DNA from: Eukaryota sp. TZLM1-RC
Lineage: Eukaryota; Protista; Metamonada: BaSk clade
Assembly (NCBI GenBank): GCA_040285825.1
Contig: JAUPSS010000007.1
Location: forward strand, 892,501-956,500
Direction: 5' to 3'
DNA length: 64,000 bases
Below are positions 46,591-57,118 of this stretch, one piece after another. Every line of letters starts with the position of its first letter. Positions within the stretch are counted from its first letter, which is position 1. Made by a program: the position numbers and the translations under genes. The notes beneath the pieces are model-generated. The model was given only the letters and a program-made list of their open reading frames with translations, had not been told where the DNA came from and made no database searches.

Positions 46591-48000
46591 ATGGCCCATC
46601 TCGAAGCTATTGAATGTGGAATCTGTCGTGACGTCATGCTTGAGCCCACTACCTTGATCTGCGGTCACTCCTTCTGTCGTGATCGTTGCATTAAGAAGTG
46701 GATTCAACATACTTCAACATGCCCTCAGTGTAGAGAAAGTGTATCTTCATCTAGGTTTGCCATTAATGTCACTCTTCAGGATGTCATCAACGCAACTACG
46801 GAAAACCATTCTACATGCGATCATTGTCGAATTTCTCCTGCCATCTCTTACTGTGCTCAGTGTCGTGTGCATTCTTGCCATTCATGCTGTACACTTGTAC
46901 ACAGGCCCATGTCTTTCCATTCACATCAGATTGTGGATATTGCTGAAAAAGCTTCCGTTCTAGAAATCTCTGAATCAAAAAAAGAAGAAGACAGAAGCAT
47001 GGCAACAGCACAATGTAGAGTAACAAATCTACTAAAAGAAAATGCTGCTCTCCAACAGCAGATTGATGACCACCTGTCCAATCTCAACAAAGAACGTCAT
47101 CAAGTTCAACATTACTTCTCCACTCTGAGCTCTCAAATTACCAAGTTTCAGAAAGCTATACCTAAACCTTCTCTCTTTCACGGCAGCACATCCAGTCCTC
47201 AAAAAATCAAGGTCGGCTATTGGGTTCGTGAAGGTCGGTGGGCAAGGGATTTCAGGAAACGTATGCTCTCAACAGTTGATCAATACTATGGGGGACTGGA
47301 ACTTCAACTTGATGTGCACTGTGAGTTGAATGATCACGAAGAAGTGGATGAATACGATGTGGTAATCTATGACACCAACTATCAAGGATGCGATGGTGAA
47401 ATTCTAAACCATGTCGTAGAATCAGGCAAAGGTTTGCTTTTGTTTAACGGATTTCCAAGTAATATTGAAGAGTTCTCCTACTCTTGCTTCAGCTATAACA
47501 GGCGTCTAGATGCCATTGGTGGATTCAGTGACATGCAAGTGGTTCGCCAAGAAGATCCCATCTTCACTGGGGTCAGTAGTTTTGCCCCAAGCAATACTCA
47601 CGGTAACATCATGTGTAACAAAGGAACCCTTGTTGCAAACTACGCAGATGGAACACATCTCATCGCAAAGAATGAAATAGGCGAGTGCAAAATGGTTGAG
47701 TTCAACTGCGTGAGTACCTCAAACCAGGCTAAACGCACAGGACTGAGCTGGCATGTCGAATCTGATGCCATGAAACTTTTTGTTAATTGTATTTTGTGGA
47801 CATCGAACATACCTTATGCATCACCATCTGTACCCTCTACTGATTTTGCACATGTCCCTGATGATGCTGCTTTTTCTCAATCTCCACATTTTTCTTCTTT
47901 AGGCAGTGCTTTGGCAGTAAGTCATGGTGAGTGGGACATTCAATTTGACATTGACAGCAGTGATTTAGAAATAGTTATGAGTGGTTCTGAGGATGAATAG
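46591..48000 (+). CDS. TRIM-like RING / B-box / coiled-coil protein with an unassigned C-terminal domain
   Basis: C3HC4 RING (CGIC..CGHSFC..C..CPQCR), B-box (CDHC..CAQC..CHSC..H..H), coiled coil. Confidence 0.85.
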   Translation: MAHLEAIECGICRDVMLEPTTLICGHSFCRDRCIKKWIQHTSTCPQCRESVSSSRFAINVTLQDVINATTENHSTCDHCRISPAISYCAQCRVHSCHSCCTLVHRPMSFHSHQIVDIAEKASVLEISESKKEEDRSMATAQCRVTNLLKENAALQQQIDDHLSNLNKERHQVQHYFSTLSSQITKFQKAIPKPSLFHGSTSSPQKIKVGYWVREGRWARDFRKRMLSTVDQYYGGLELQLDVHCELNDHEEVDEYDVVIYDTNYQGCDGEILNHVVESGKGLLLFNGFPSNIEEFSYSCFSYNRRLDAIGGFSDMQVVRQEDPIFTGVSSFAPSNTHGNIMCNKGTLVANYADGTHLIAKNEIGECKMVEFNCVSTSNQAKRTGLSWHVESDAMKLFVNCILWTSNIPYASPSVPSTDFAHVPDDAAFSQSPHFSSLGSALAVSHGEWDIQFDIDSSDLEIVMSGSEDE

Positions 48001-49219
48001 GGTAAATAATTTTTTGTTGAAGTTACAATTTTTGCATAAATTGTCTTTTATATGTTTTAAATGTTTTAAACCTTGAATTTTGTTTACTTCCATAAACTTC
48101 ACAATTGTCTATTCAATTTGCAGCATTTAATTCAATCAACATGTTTCAAACACGACATAAAGAGAATACCAAAACTACAAGTATAGAAGCATTGTTTTCG
48201 ATGAAGTCAACATTCTTCACGTTATCACCGCACTTCCGTTCCGTCTTTCTTTCCGTTTGTACACTCAAGCAAGGCAGACAACGATGACGCACCAGTATTT
48301 GATTTTGATGACGTAGAACTACTTGTAAGTAGTTGCATAGTGTAGTTTATTGAATAAACAAGGTTATGAAGAAACTGCCTTTATTATTGGGCTCTTCGAT
48401 AGAGCGCCAACAAAACAACACCGCTACTGAATAGATTTTCAGGACCCTATTCGACAATTTTGTTAATGTTTACTAATGTTCAATGTTCCAGAAGCGAAAG
48501 GAATGGAAACTGAGAAAACTCTCCATATCCTCTTGTAGTATTTCCTGTACATCAATTTTGACCTGAAACACAGGGGTACTGAGGGTTGTGTTGTGGAAAA
48601 CGTACATGACATAAATTGATAGGAATTGGCAAATGTGGATTGGTGTTCCAAGTTGGGCATTCGAAGTTAAACGAATATACTCCATGGTATGACGTGTTGT
48701 GGATGAAGTACGCTGATTGCCATCTAGCATTCCTGAAATCTAACAGTTCTAATTAACTATTTATTTGTCGTCATGTTGAAAAGGAAGCAATCAGTCGATC
48801 CTTGCCAAATGATTGGTCATGTAACGGATAGAGATATTTAAGCTTATGGTTCATTATGGAGTTAAGTAGTCTTGATAAACACTTATTTTTGAGTTATTTA
48901 AACCAAATCTTTTTATTGGAAAATTGCATTTAAATTTTAAATTATATTGGCCTTTCTAATGATATAGCTGAATGTTTCACCAATCGTCTCAGCAATTTCT
49001 CCTCAAGTATAATTTGATACAAAATTTACCAGATTTCTGATCGATATTGTAATGGTCAGCGCGTTGATTGTATGTGCAAAGTAAAAAATATAAAACAATG
49101 TGATAAATTTTATTAAGGACTTGAGGACATAATTACAAAACTCATTGTTTGTATCCAAATTCATATCATCATGAATGATAAATACGCCTGACAACATGAA
49201 GAAGGATGTGTAGAGCATG

Positions 49220-49500
49220 TCAAGTATCATCTGGTTCCACTTGCTGTTTCTCTTTTTGGTAACATTGGAATATCTGGCATTAAATTTCTTGAAGGTTTCA
49301 GAAGTTTAATAAAAGAAAGAGCGGGAAAAGAATTGAACTTCAATTTCTGGCACACCAGAATTGTTTTCACTATTCATCAAGCAACTCCCGAAATGATAAC
49401 CAAAGCAATGTTACAATTAGGAATAGAGTATGAGAATCGCGCATTGAAGAGGTTTAATGATGTTGATGCGTGTATTGAGGATATTGAGTTCTAGTTTTTT
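49220..49500 (+). mobile_element. RLE 3' fragment, divergent family related to C
   Basis: LVPLAVSLFGNIG..FWHTRIVFTI..CIEDIEF*. Confidence 0.75.
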
Positions 49501-49758
49501 GTTTGCGTTTCAAGTTCAAACATTTGAGATAAAAATAGTTTGTAAAAAAACATGAAGAGGCATCTGGCAAATAGGTGAGCTAGTCGAAACTTTGTTGATC
49601 AATGTAATCTGGTTCCTTATACAAATACTTGCCAAGAGCGTAATTTCCTGAAACAAGTTGTTACGCGTATGTCTCTGAAGAAAATCAAGTGAACTACTGT
49701 CCCAAATTATGAATTAATTAAACAAAAGCTAAATAAATTTATTTGATATAAATCGATT

Positions 49759-50157
49759 TCAACCTTGAATTTCCTCATGCAGCAAATTCAACTCTTCAAC
49801 CATGCGCTTCTCATCTTCATCCAAAAGTTTGGGTAGCGTCGAAAAGTTTTCTAAAAGTTCGTAAATACCATCAGACTCTTCCAAATCATGTTCTCTGCGG
49901 GGAAGAACATGACAATGAAGCGCGGGTAGATGATGCGTGTCACCATCATTAATATAGATCGTGCTTGAATCTGTTTGTAATTGAGATTCTAATGTTCTCT
50001 GTACTCTTTGAACAAGGTTAAAGAAGTCAGAAAGTTCTTCATCAGTGAGTTCTGATAGTTTGTGTTTGCCAGATTTGGGAAAGACGAGTGTGTGATACGG
50101 TAGTATTGGATTAGGACAGAAGTGGGCAAAAGACAGTTTGGAGGAGATCCAATTCAT
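49759..50157 (-). CDS. FHIT-like HIT hydrolase
   Basis: SFA..PILPYHTLVFP..L.EL..EE..D.F..VQRV..ALHCHVLPRR..SDGIYELL. Confidence 0.8.
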   Translation of the reverse strand: MNWISSKLSFAHFCPNPILPYHTLVFPKSGKHKLSELTDEELSDFFNLVQRVQRTLESQLQTDSSTIYINDGDTHHLPALHCHVLPRREHDLEESDGIYELLENFSTLPKLLDEDEKRMVEELNLLHEEIQG

Positions 50158-50177
50158 TGAAACAGATGATGTTTATT

Positions 50178-50322
50178 ACAATGAAATAAGTGTCCTTTTT
50201 ACACCGATGTAGAGGGATGGAGTTTTTGAGAAATGGAAGATTTTCTTCGTGATACCATTTTCTTTAAACCATAGTCAACCTTTGCTCTCTGTAGGTATCC
50301 TGGAAAGAAAGATACTTTCCAG
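50178..50322 (-). ncRNA. ORF-less Fanzor 3' end / putative omegaRNA (ghost copy 2)
   Basis: 70-nt block 67/70 identical to 13656-13725; upstream it retains the Fanzor C-terminal codons PGYLQRAK (50280-50303); nested hairpins. Confidence 0.72.
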
Positions 50323-50606
50323 CATAAAAATACTGTACAAATAATTGTACAACCATTATTTGTACAACTACATTTATTTATTTGCTTATTTACTTTTTTT
50401 AAAATAAGAAAGATGTTTGGAGAATGTTGTAAAAAAGTAAATTCATTGAAAAGGAGTCAAGATGAAACCACAAGATCTATAATCTTTACCTTTTTCATCT
50501 TTTGTTCTCAGTTCTATCATCACACAGAACTGTTGTACTTCGAACGAAGTACGAACATTTGTACAAATCAAAGATATATATTCATTGATTTCAATAATCA
50601 TCAAAG

Positions 50607-50718
50607 TTTTAGCTAGACAGCAAGCAGATCAAGATTTTGCAGAGGAAATCTTGGTTCAATGATATTCGTCCCATTAGTTATGAATTAATTTCATTAAATG
50701 TGCATGTTTAATAAATAT
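50607..50718 (+). mobile_element. Family B 3' end
   Basis: LARQQADQDFAEEILVQ* + 3' UTR. Confidence 0.8.
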
Positions 50719-50794
50719 TTTTGAGTTTATAATCATCGTCATCATATTTCACATAATTATTTACTCAATACAGTCAAACTATTTTGTTAGCTAA

Positions 50795-51255
50795 GGCTAA
50801 ACTCGACCTTCCCGTTTTGCAAAGTATGACTTGATACATTAAGTCATCATAGTTCAAATTCATTAAGTTTATCCTGTATTTTTCTTTTCTTATTCTGGTT
50901 CATAAACTTCTCGTTTTTATTTGCTCATGATCAATTGTGCACTGAAGCCAAACTATTTTCTTCAAGTCCATCATTTGACTTATTTGTTAAGCGATTTTGC
51001 TTCGGGAGAGAAACACCGGATCTGCGGCAATGCTTTCTTTACTTTCACTTGATATTGATTGTGGGAATCATCTCCACACCTGACAGTCCATTTGTTTTGG
51101 CTTATGTGCACGAATATCCATAAAACTAGAGTTAAATTGAGGTTTATGACTCAGAGTTAAGAAAATCAAATAAATAAAAGTACAAACGGAATTTAAACTA
51201 TTAATCACGTGATGGAAACGCGATACTTTCTAAAACAGAAAAGTTGGGATTAGCC
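50795..51255. mobile_element. Non-autonomous TIR element, possibly Merlin-derived
   Basis: Imperfect ~33-bp TIRs starting GGCTAA; flanked on both sides by ttagctaa (50787-50794, 51256-51263); weak D..VWR..SI..F.SRSKI relic on the minus strand. Confidence 0.6.
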
Positions 51256-51786
51256 TTAGCTAACATTTGTTTCCATCATACGCAGCTCCATTTTCTTCAG
51301 GATTTTGTATCATGATAAAATTCAAGAAAGTACAAGTTTAGTCAAAAGTACAATTTTAGCAAAAAAGCTGGTATAATATTGGCAAAATCCCAAAAAATGA
51401 AATTTCACATTATGCAATTAGTAATAGAAACACCACAAATTACAAAAAAAGCAACTGAAATATACAGTTGGTGTGCATGGACATCATGAACTTCGTTTCA
51501 GCTTATCTGGAAGTGTCATATTGTGGGAAGTAATGGAAATGCAAGATGAAATTGAGAGAATTCGAAATCCAAGTATATATTCCACTGAAAAATTCAGAAT
51601 TAACAAAAAAGTTATTTAAAACTGTTTATGGCTTGTGAAAACTGTTTCTGTGGTGTTGACCAAAAAATTCAAAGTTAACCTCGATTGTACCAATGGAGTT
51701 TGATACAACCATTGATTACTTTAGTGTTTTTAAACCATTAATAGAACCAAACACACTTTATGTACATCAACTACACCCAAAAAACA

Positions 51787-52791
51787 TCAACACTTCTTTT
51801 TAAACTTCTTGGCTGACTTTCTTACTCTCCTACCATGCTTTTGAAGTTTCTTTGGAAGATGGCGGAGTGTCTTCTCATCTAGCACGTTTGAGTAAAACTC
51901 CTTGAACTTTTCGTATGCAAAAGCCGAAAAGATTGATCGTGGAATACCAGAAACAAAATTAGTTAAGAAACCCTCATAAAACCCCGAAATTCCTTTCTGG
52001 GAATACAAACTACTGGCAGTAGAGACCATACCTCTAGATTCATCAGATGTTTGCTGCACTGTCATAATGGTACCCAAAGGATAGGTCGCCAGAGATGTTC
52101 CAAAGGCAGATAACAAGGAGGCTCCAAGAATAGCACCAGAAGGCATCTGAGATCTTTTCGCCCCTTTCTTCCCTAATATCTTGGCAATTGAAGTGTAACT
52201 TTTATCGTATAACGCCCAATAAATAGTATTTGATGGTCCATTCATTAAAATTGAGGTTCCAAAACCCTTAAGCAATCCAGATGGTCCAAGCTGATTAACA
52301 AGTTCAAAAGAAGACGGTACAGGTAACCCCTTCGCAGCTGCAACTTGCTGTCTTGATCTTACAACGTTCATCGGAGTCCAGAGCAAACTGGCAAGAACCT
52401 GTGACATAAACGTAGAAGCTGACTGGGCATACAAAGACGTGTTGCGATCTAATTCCGATCCGATGTTGTGCAATACAGGGTTATGTGAATGCTTCCACTC
52501 CCTGGCTTTCCATGACACTGCATGAGAAAGCTTATCGTTTAGGTAGCCTCTGCTGGAATGAAAGAGAGCCGATGCCACAGGATTCAAAGAAAGAACGGGC
52601 CCACATCCCTTGAAAAAACCTGATAAACCATGAGATCGGCAGATGTCTCTTCTGATTTTACAACTGCTGCGACCTTTACTGTGCTCTGGGTTCAGTTTGG
52701 TGACTCGGACAGTTTCCATAGGATTCATGACAATGTCAGACAGCAATCCAGTGGTGGCACCTGCCAGGAAGCCTGACCAAACATCTTTCAT
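51787..52791 (-). CDS. Mitochondrial carrier family (SLC25) protein
   Basis: Three repeats with PX[DE]XX[KR]-like motifs (PMETVR, PMNVVR, PLGTIM) and G..GFFKG / GLLKG / GFYEG. Confidence 0.88.
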   Translation of the reverse strand: MKDVWSGFLAGATTGLLSDIVMNPMETVRVTKLNPEHSKGRSSCKIRRDICRSHGLSGFFKGCGPVLSLNPVASALFHSSRGYLNDKLSHAVSWKAREWKHSHNPVLHNIGSELDRNTSLYAQSASTFMSQVLASLLWTPMNVVRSRQQVAAAKGLPVPSSFELVNQLGPSGLLKGFGTSILMNGPSNTIYWALYDKSYTSIAKILGKKGAKRSQMPSGAILGASLLSAFGTSLATYPLGTIMTVQQTSDESRGMVSTASSLYSQKGISGFYEGFLTNFVSGIPRSIFSAFAYEKFKEFYSNVLDEKTLRHLPKKLQKHGRRVRKSAKKFKKKC

Positions 52792-52971
52792 CTTTTACTG
52801 AATGTGTTGTGAAGATAAGAAATTCAGATATATTCTGCAAGGTATCAGGATTTTGCCTAACATTCAAATAGACAAGAATTAGCATTTTTTCATTAATTTC
52901 ACCAAAAAACTAAACATTGCATTTTTATCTCAATAAATATTCCAGTTTTTTAAAAAAACTAAACAACAAAA

Positions 52972-53245
52972 TTAAAATCCAAAATCTTCATACCCCATAT
53001 CAGATAAAAAGAATTGACTAGAAGTTTTTACCTCATAAAAACGAACAAGGGAAAGTAGAGCAGAAGATAATAAGGGGACAACAGCTTTAAATATAGAAAG
53101 TACAATTCTGTTCTGCCAAAACATTTTGTCAAAAACTATTCCAGTACGTTGTTTCATAATTTCAACAAAATCATCAAACAAAAATAAAGCAAGAGGTCCA
53201 AGCGAGCCATGAAAGGAAACTGCAAATGGACAAAGGACATAATGA
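52972..53245 (-). mobile_element. RLE 3' fragment, family D
   Basis: CPFAVSFHGSLGP..FWQNRIVLSIFK..EDFGF*; abuts a family C 3' UTR tail-to-tail at ~52921-52958. Confidence 0.75.
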
Positions 53246-53263
53246 GTGATCGATGTGGTATTT

Positions 53264-54265
53264 TGTTGTTGTTACTGATAAACTAGGCTAATAGACTGAT
53301 GAGGAATTCACGTGATGACGTGGCACTTGTTCAACAACAAGTATGTTTACTAATAAGGATCTCTTTTCTTCTTTTTATCTTTGGTATTTCTGCCCAACGG
53401 CATCAATAATTATTGGCCCTCATTGCAGATGATATCTACACGTGTACTACTTCCGTCCCTTGCTTCTTTGGTAGTGGATGATGTTCTGTTGTTCCTACAA
53501 CAGTGGAAGGTGTACTCCTCTGTTACACCGAAAAAGAACCTTGATCCAACAAGGCTCCTGGTTGACCCCTTCTTGATAGAATCAATGGTTTTCACAAAAC
53601 CTGGGGTTGATTCTTCCGATGAGGTGTTTCTGGATCATTTGAGATTCTCCACCTCGTTTTCCTCGTATGAGGAATTCAACTTGGTGATTTCTGATTTGAA
53701 GGTTGATGTTCGTGAGGTCGATGTCCGTGAATGTATGTCCTGCTACCTGAGACGTTTTCTTCAGGCGGAAAGGAGGACTTCCGGACTGAAATTGCCTGAC
53801 TCAGCCTTCATGATCAGATTTGTCAAAGGTATTCTTCCAATAGGATTGCAGAAATCTCTGATTTCTCGAATTCGGGACGAGGTATTCCCCGATTTTCCTA
53901 CCCTGGAAAAACCGCAGAGGATGAATTATTGGACTGCACACGAGTAGCTTCTTGGAACAGGTCTTCAAAGACTGTTTCTGAAAATACTGACTTTGTGCGT
54001 TAAGCTGGTATGAAGTCTCGTTCATCCATAGATCTTGCAATCTGACTAACGGGACATGTTTTAAATGTCATCAGAAAGGTCATCTAGCTCGTGATTGCCC
54101 CTTTCAAGTTAACCACGAAGTAAATCATCTCCAGCACGTGCCACAGTATCTCACAACTCCCCTATCTCCATTGTGCTAAATGGTTCACGGAACTGTTGAA
54201 AGAAAATGGGAACAAAGTAGTGTTGTTGTTACTGATAAACTAGGCTGGTAGACTGATGAAGAATG
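53264..54265 (+). mobile_element. Internally deleted LTR retrotransposon (5' LTR, PBS, gag remnant, PPT, truncated 3' LTR)
   Basis: tgttgttgttactgataaactaggct at 53264 and 54221; PBS tggtatttctgccca at 53382-53396; gag-like ORF; CFKCHQKGHLARDC knuckle (~54055-54100); purine-rich tract before the 3' LTR. Confidence 0.82.
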
Positions 54266-54839
54266 CTTGGACGCTTTTATGAAAGAAAAACCTCGAGTCA
54301 ATTTTTCTTGGCTGATTTGGGTTATGAAGACATAGAATTTTAACCTTGTCGTGTAGTTTGTTTTTGTTGAAATAATTAAAAATATATACAAAAAGAACTA
54401 TTGCGGATCGCGATTTTGCAAATGGTTTTTTGTCAGGTTTCAAGTCAACTAAATATTTCCCAGTTTATCATGATTTCTTGAATTTTCAGTTACTTCAATA
54501 AATCAGACTCACTTTGAAACTGCAATGTTGAATGCTGTTGAAAAATTGGAAATTACTTAGATTAACAACAGAAAATATGTACAAAACTCAAAAAGCAAGA
54601 AAAAAATATCTAAAGATGGTTAAAAACATAATTAATTTCTCCATTTTGATTTCGATTCGAAGACGTGCAATGTTTGACATGTTTTTAATTTGTTTACGAA
54701 TTGCAAGTCCCCGGCTGATAAAACTGTTGTTTGTTGCTACTAGGATACAGTCACAAATTTTGTCTCACATCGCAAAATATTCAAAAACTATTTTAACTTT
54801 TTTTACTATTTTCGGACAACCACGAATCATTCACTTTAT

Positions 54840-56699
54840 CTAATTAATCACAGCGTTAATTTTGACATTTGTAAAATTAACACAATTACTGAACACAATG
54901 TTAATGGAATGTCCTCCAAGTTGTACATGTTTTTTATCAGGTTCAGAGCAATCAATTCCAGTCCAACCATCAAAACAGTGGCACACACCATCAATGCAGT
55001 CACCATTACCTGAGCAATCGTTGGGACAGGGCTGTTCATCAGGTTCAGAGCAATCAATTCCAGTCCAACCATCAAAACAGTGGCACACACCATCAATGCA
55101 GTCACCATTACCTGAGCAATCCTTGGGACAGGGCTGTTCATCAGGTTCAGAGCAATCAATTCCAGTCCAACCATCAAAACAGTGGCACACACCATCAATG
55201 CAGTCACCATTACCTGAGCAATCGTTGGGACAGGGCTGTTCATCAGGTTCAGAGCAATCAATTCCAGTCCAACCATCAAAACAGTGGCACACACCATCAA
55301 TGCAGTCACCATTACCTGAGCAATCGTTGGGACAGGGCTGTTCATCAGGTTCAGAGCAATCAATTCCAGTCCAACCATCAAAACAGTGGCACACACCATC
55401 AATGCAATCACCATTACCTGAGCAATCGTTGGGACAGGGCTGTTCATCAGGTTCAGAGCAATCAATTCCAGTCCAACCATCAAAACAGTGACACACACCA
55501 TCAATGCAGTCACCATTACCTGAGCAATCGTTGGGACAGGGCTGTTCATCAGGTTCAGAGCAATCAATTCCAGTCCAACCTTCGTTACAAACACAGTTGC
55601 CATAAACACATTCTCCTCTGTGGTTACAGTCATTTAGACAAGTTTTGTTCACAGGATGACTCCCAGCAGCAAGCTCCTCAATTCTGCAATGATTTCCAGA
55701 TCGAAGGAATCTGAAATATCCTGCCTCGCCCCATGCATTCCCCCAGGAGTTCTACAATGAGTGAAATGAGCACTCTACAAACCTGTAGCAGCCAGTAGGG
55801 TTTGCCACTCGCAGCATCCACCCCATAACCTAGAAGTTTAACCTGGGATTAGTATTGATTAAACATACTGCATGATATCCCTCTAATACTCCATATGTGT
55901 ACTCGTATACACCAGATGAGTAGGTATTGAAGTCGCTATACACAGCGAAAGTAACTCTATGTGATCCATAATCTCTGAGAATCTGTTTGATACATTCTTC
56001 TCCTATGGTTATACAAACTGATGAAACAAACTTTCGAATCCTGATCCAGTGCAGTAATATGAGTCCCTTCCAAAGTATTTCACAATAGGATCTCCGTTAA
56101 CACAATGATCTGGGCATGATGGAATGGTGGTACCGTCATCTGAGACATAAGGAAGACATTCCTCTCGCATCACACCCACGTTTTCCACAATAGAGAGTTC
56201 CTCATTAATGGTTGCCCCATCACATTTGCTATCCAAGGACTCTAGTCGGCATGAAACCATTGATTGAGGGGAAAACATATAAGAAAGTCCAAAATCTTGA
56301 TGAAAGCGATCTGCAAGTGCCGAAGCTGATGCAAAAGCCCAATACGGTGAGAATGTAAGAGTGATGTACACATGAACCACATCTACCTTGATCACGGATT
56401 TCGTAGTCTGGGCTTTCTGGCCATTTCTCTCTCACATCAAAGTCTGATGGTTCTTGTTCAGCTTCCTCATTGTTCAGCGTTATTGGATTGGGAGGTGGTT
56501 CACCAAAATCCTTCATAAGTCGTGCCTGTCGTTCTTCTAGGGTCATGGATTTGAAAGGTTCAACGAGTTCAGCTGTCCATGACGAGTTCTCATCTTCATT
56601 GATTAGGTGTACGATTTCTTCTAGATCTACATCTTGATCAGTTGTGGCACACACGATCAAGACTATGAGCAGCAGTAGTAGTCTTAGTAGTAGCATCAT
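54840..56699 (-). CDS. Secreted cathepsin B-like cysteine protease fused to 7 tenascin-type EGF repeats; introns 56342-56369, 56003-56031, 55843-55868, 55752-55782
   Basis: Signal peptide, FDVREKWP, IRDQGRCGSC/WAF, GYHAV, QNSWG..WGE.GYF; the spliced frame runs directly into the CxxxCxxxGxC..C.C..GWTGIDC repeats; intron 1 has a non-canonical end. Confidence 0.85.
54936..55580. repeat. 102-bp coding tandem repeat (~6.3 units)
   Basis: Near-identical units encoding CPNDCSGNGDCIDGVCHCFDGWTGIDCSEPDEQP. Confidence 0.95.
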
Positions 56700-56969
56700 T
56701 GAAACAAGAAAGAGTATGAGGTGTTGTAGCAATATTTCTACAGTGACGATTACAGTTCATGTCAATTTTACCCAATTTGAATGTAAATGTGTCCCAATTT
56801 GAGCAATACGATCTGTTGGGAAAGCTTCGTTTGATCTACCGAGCAGAATTTTCAACTTGAATTCTTGTTCTTTATATATTTCTAAACAAATTTATTTAAT
56901 CTAATGAACACCAAAGCAAGAAAATGAATTGTTGGTTTAACTGAAGTCAAAACAAATCTTTTTTTAATT

Positions 56970-57118
56970 ATCAATTTTATTCAAAACCTATAAATCAACA
57001 TCTAAATAATCCATCTCTCCCAAAATAAAAACAACAAGATGCAACTCTCTTCTAGTGAGATCCAAGAAAAAGCAAAGCATCAGAAATCATCTTCAACATT
57101 CCCTTAAAAATAGAAAAC
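56970..57118 (-). mobile_element. Family A 3' end
   Basis: Matches 34100-34250. Confidence 0.8.

Noticed and set aside
48100-48830. Possible small gene
   Set aside because: Gene-like composition, but stops in all frames and no recognisable motif or consistent splice model
54936-55580. CRISPR-like array
   Set aside because: No unique spacers; it is an in-frame 102-bp EGF coding repeat
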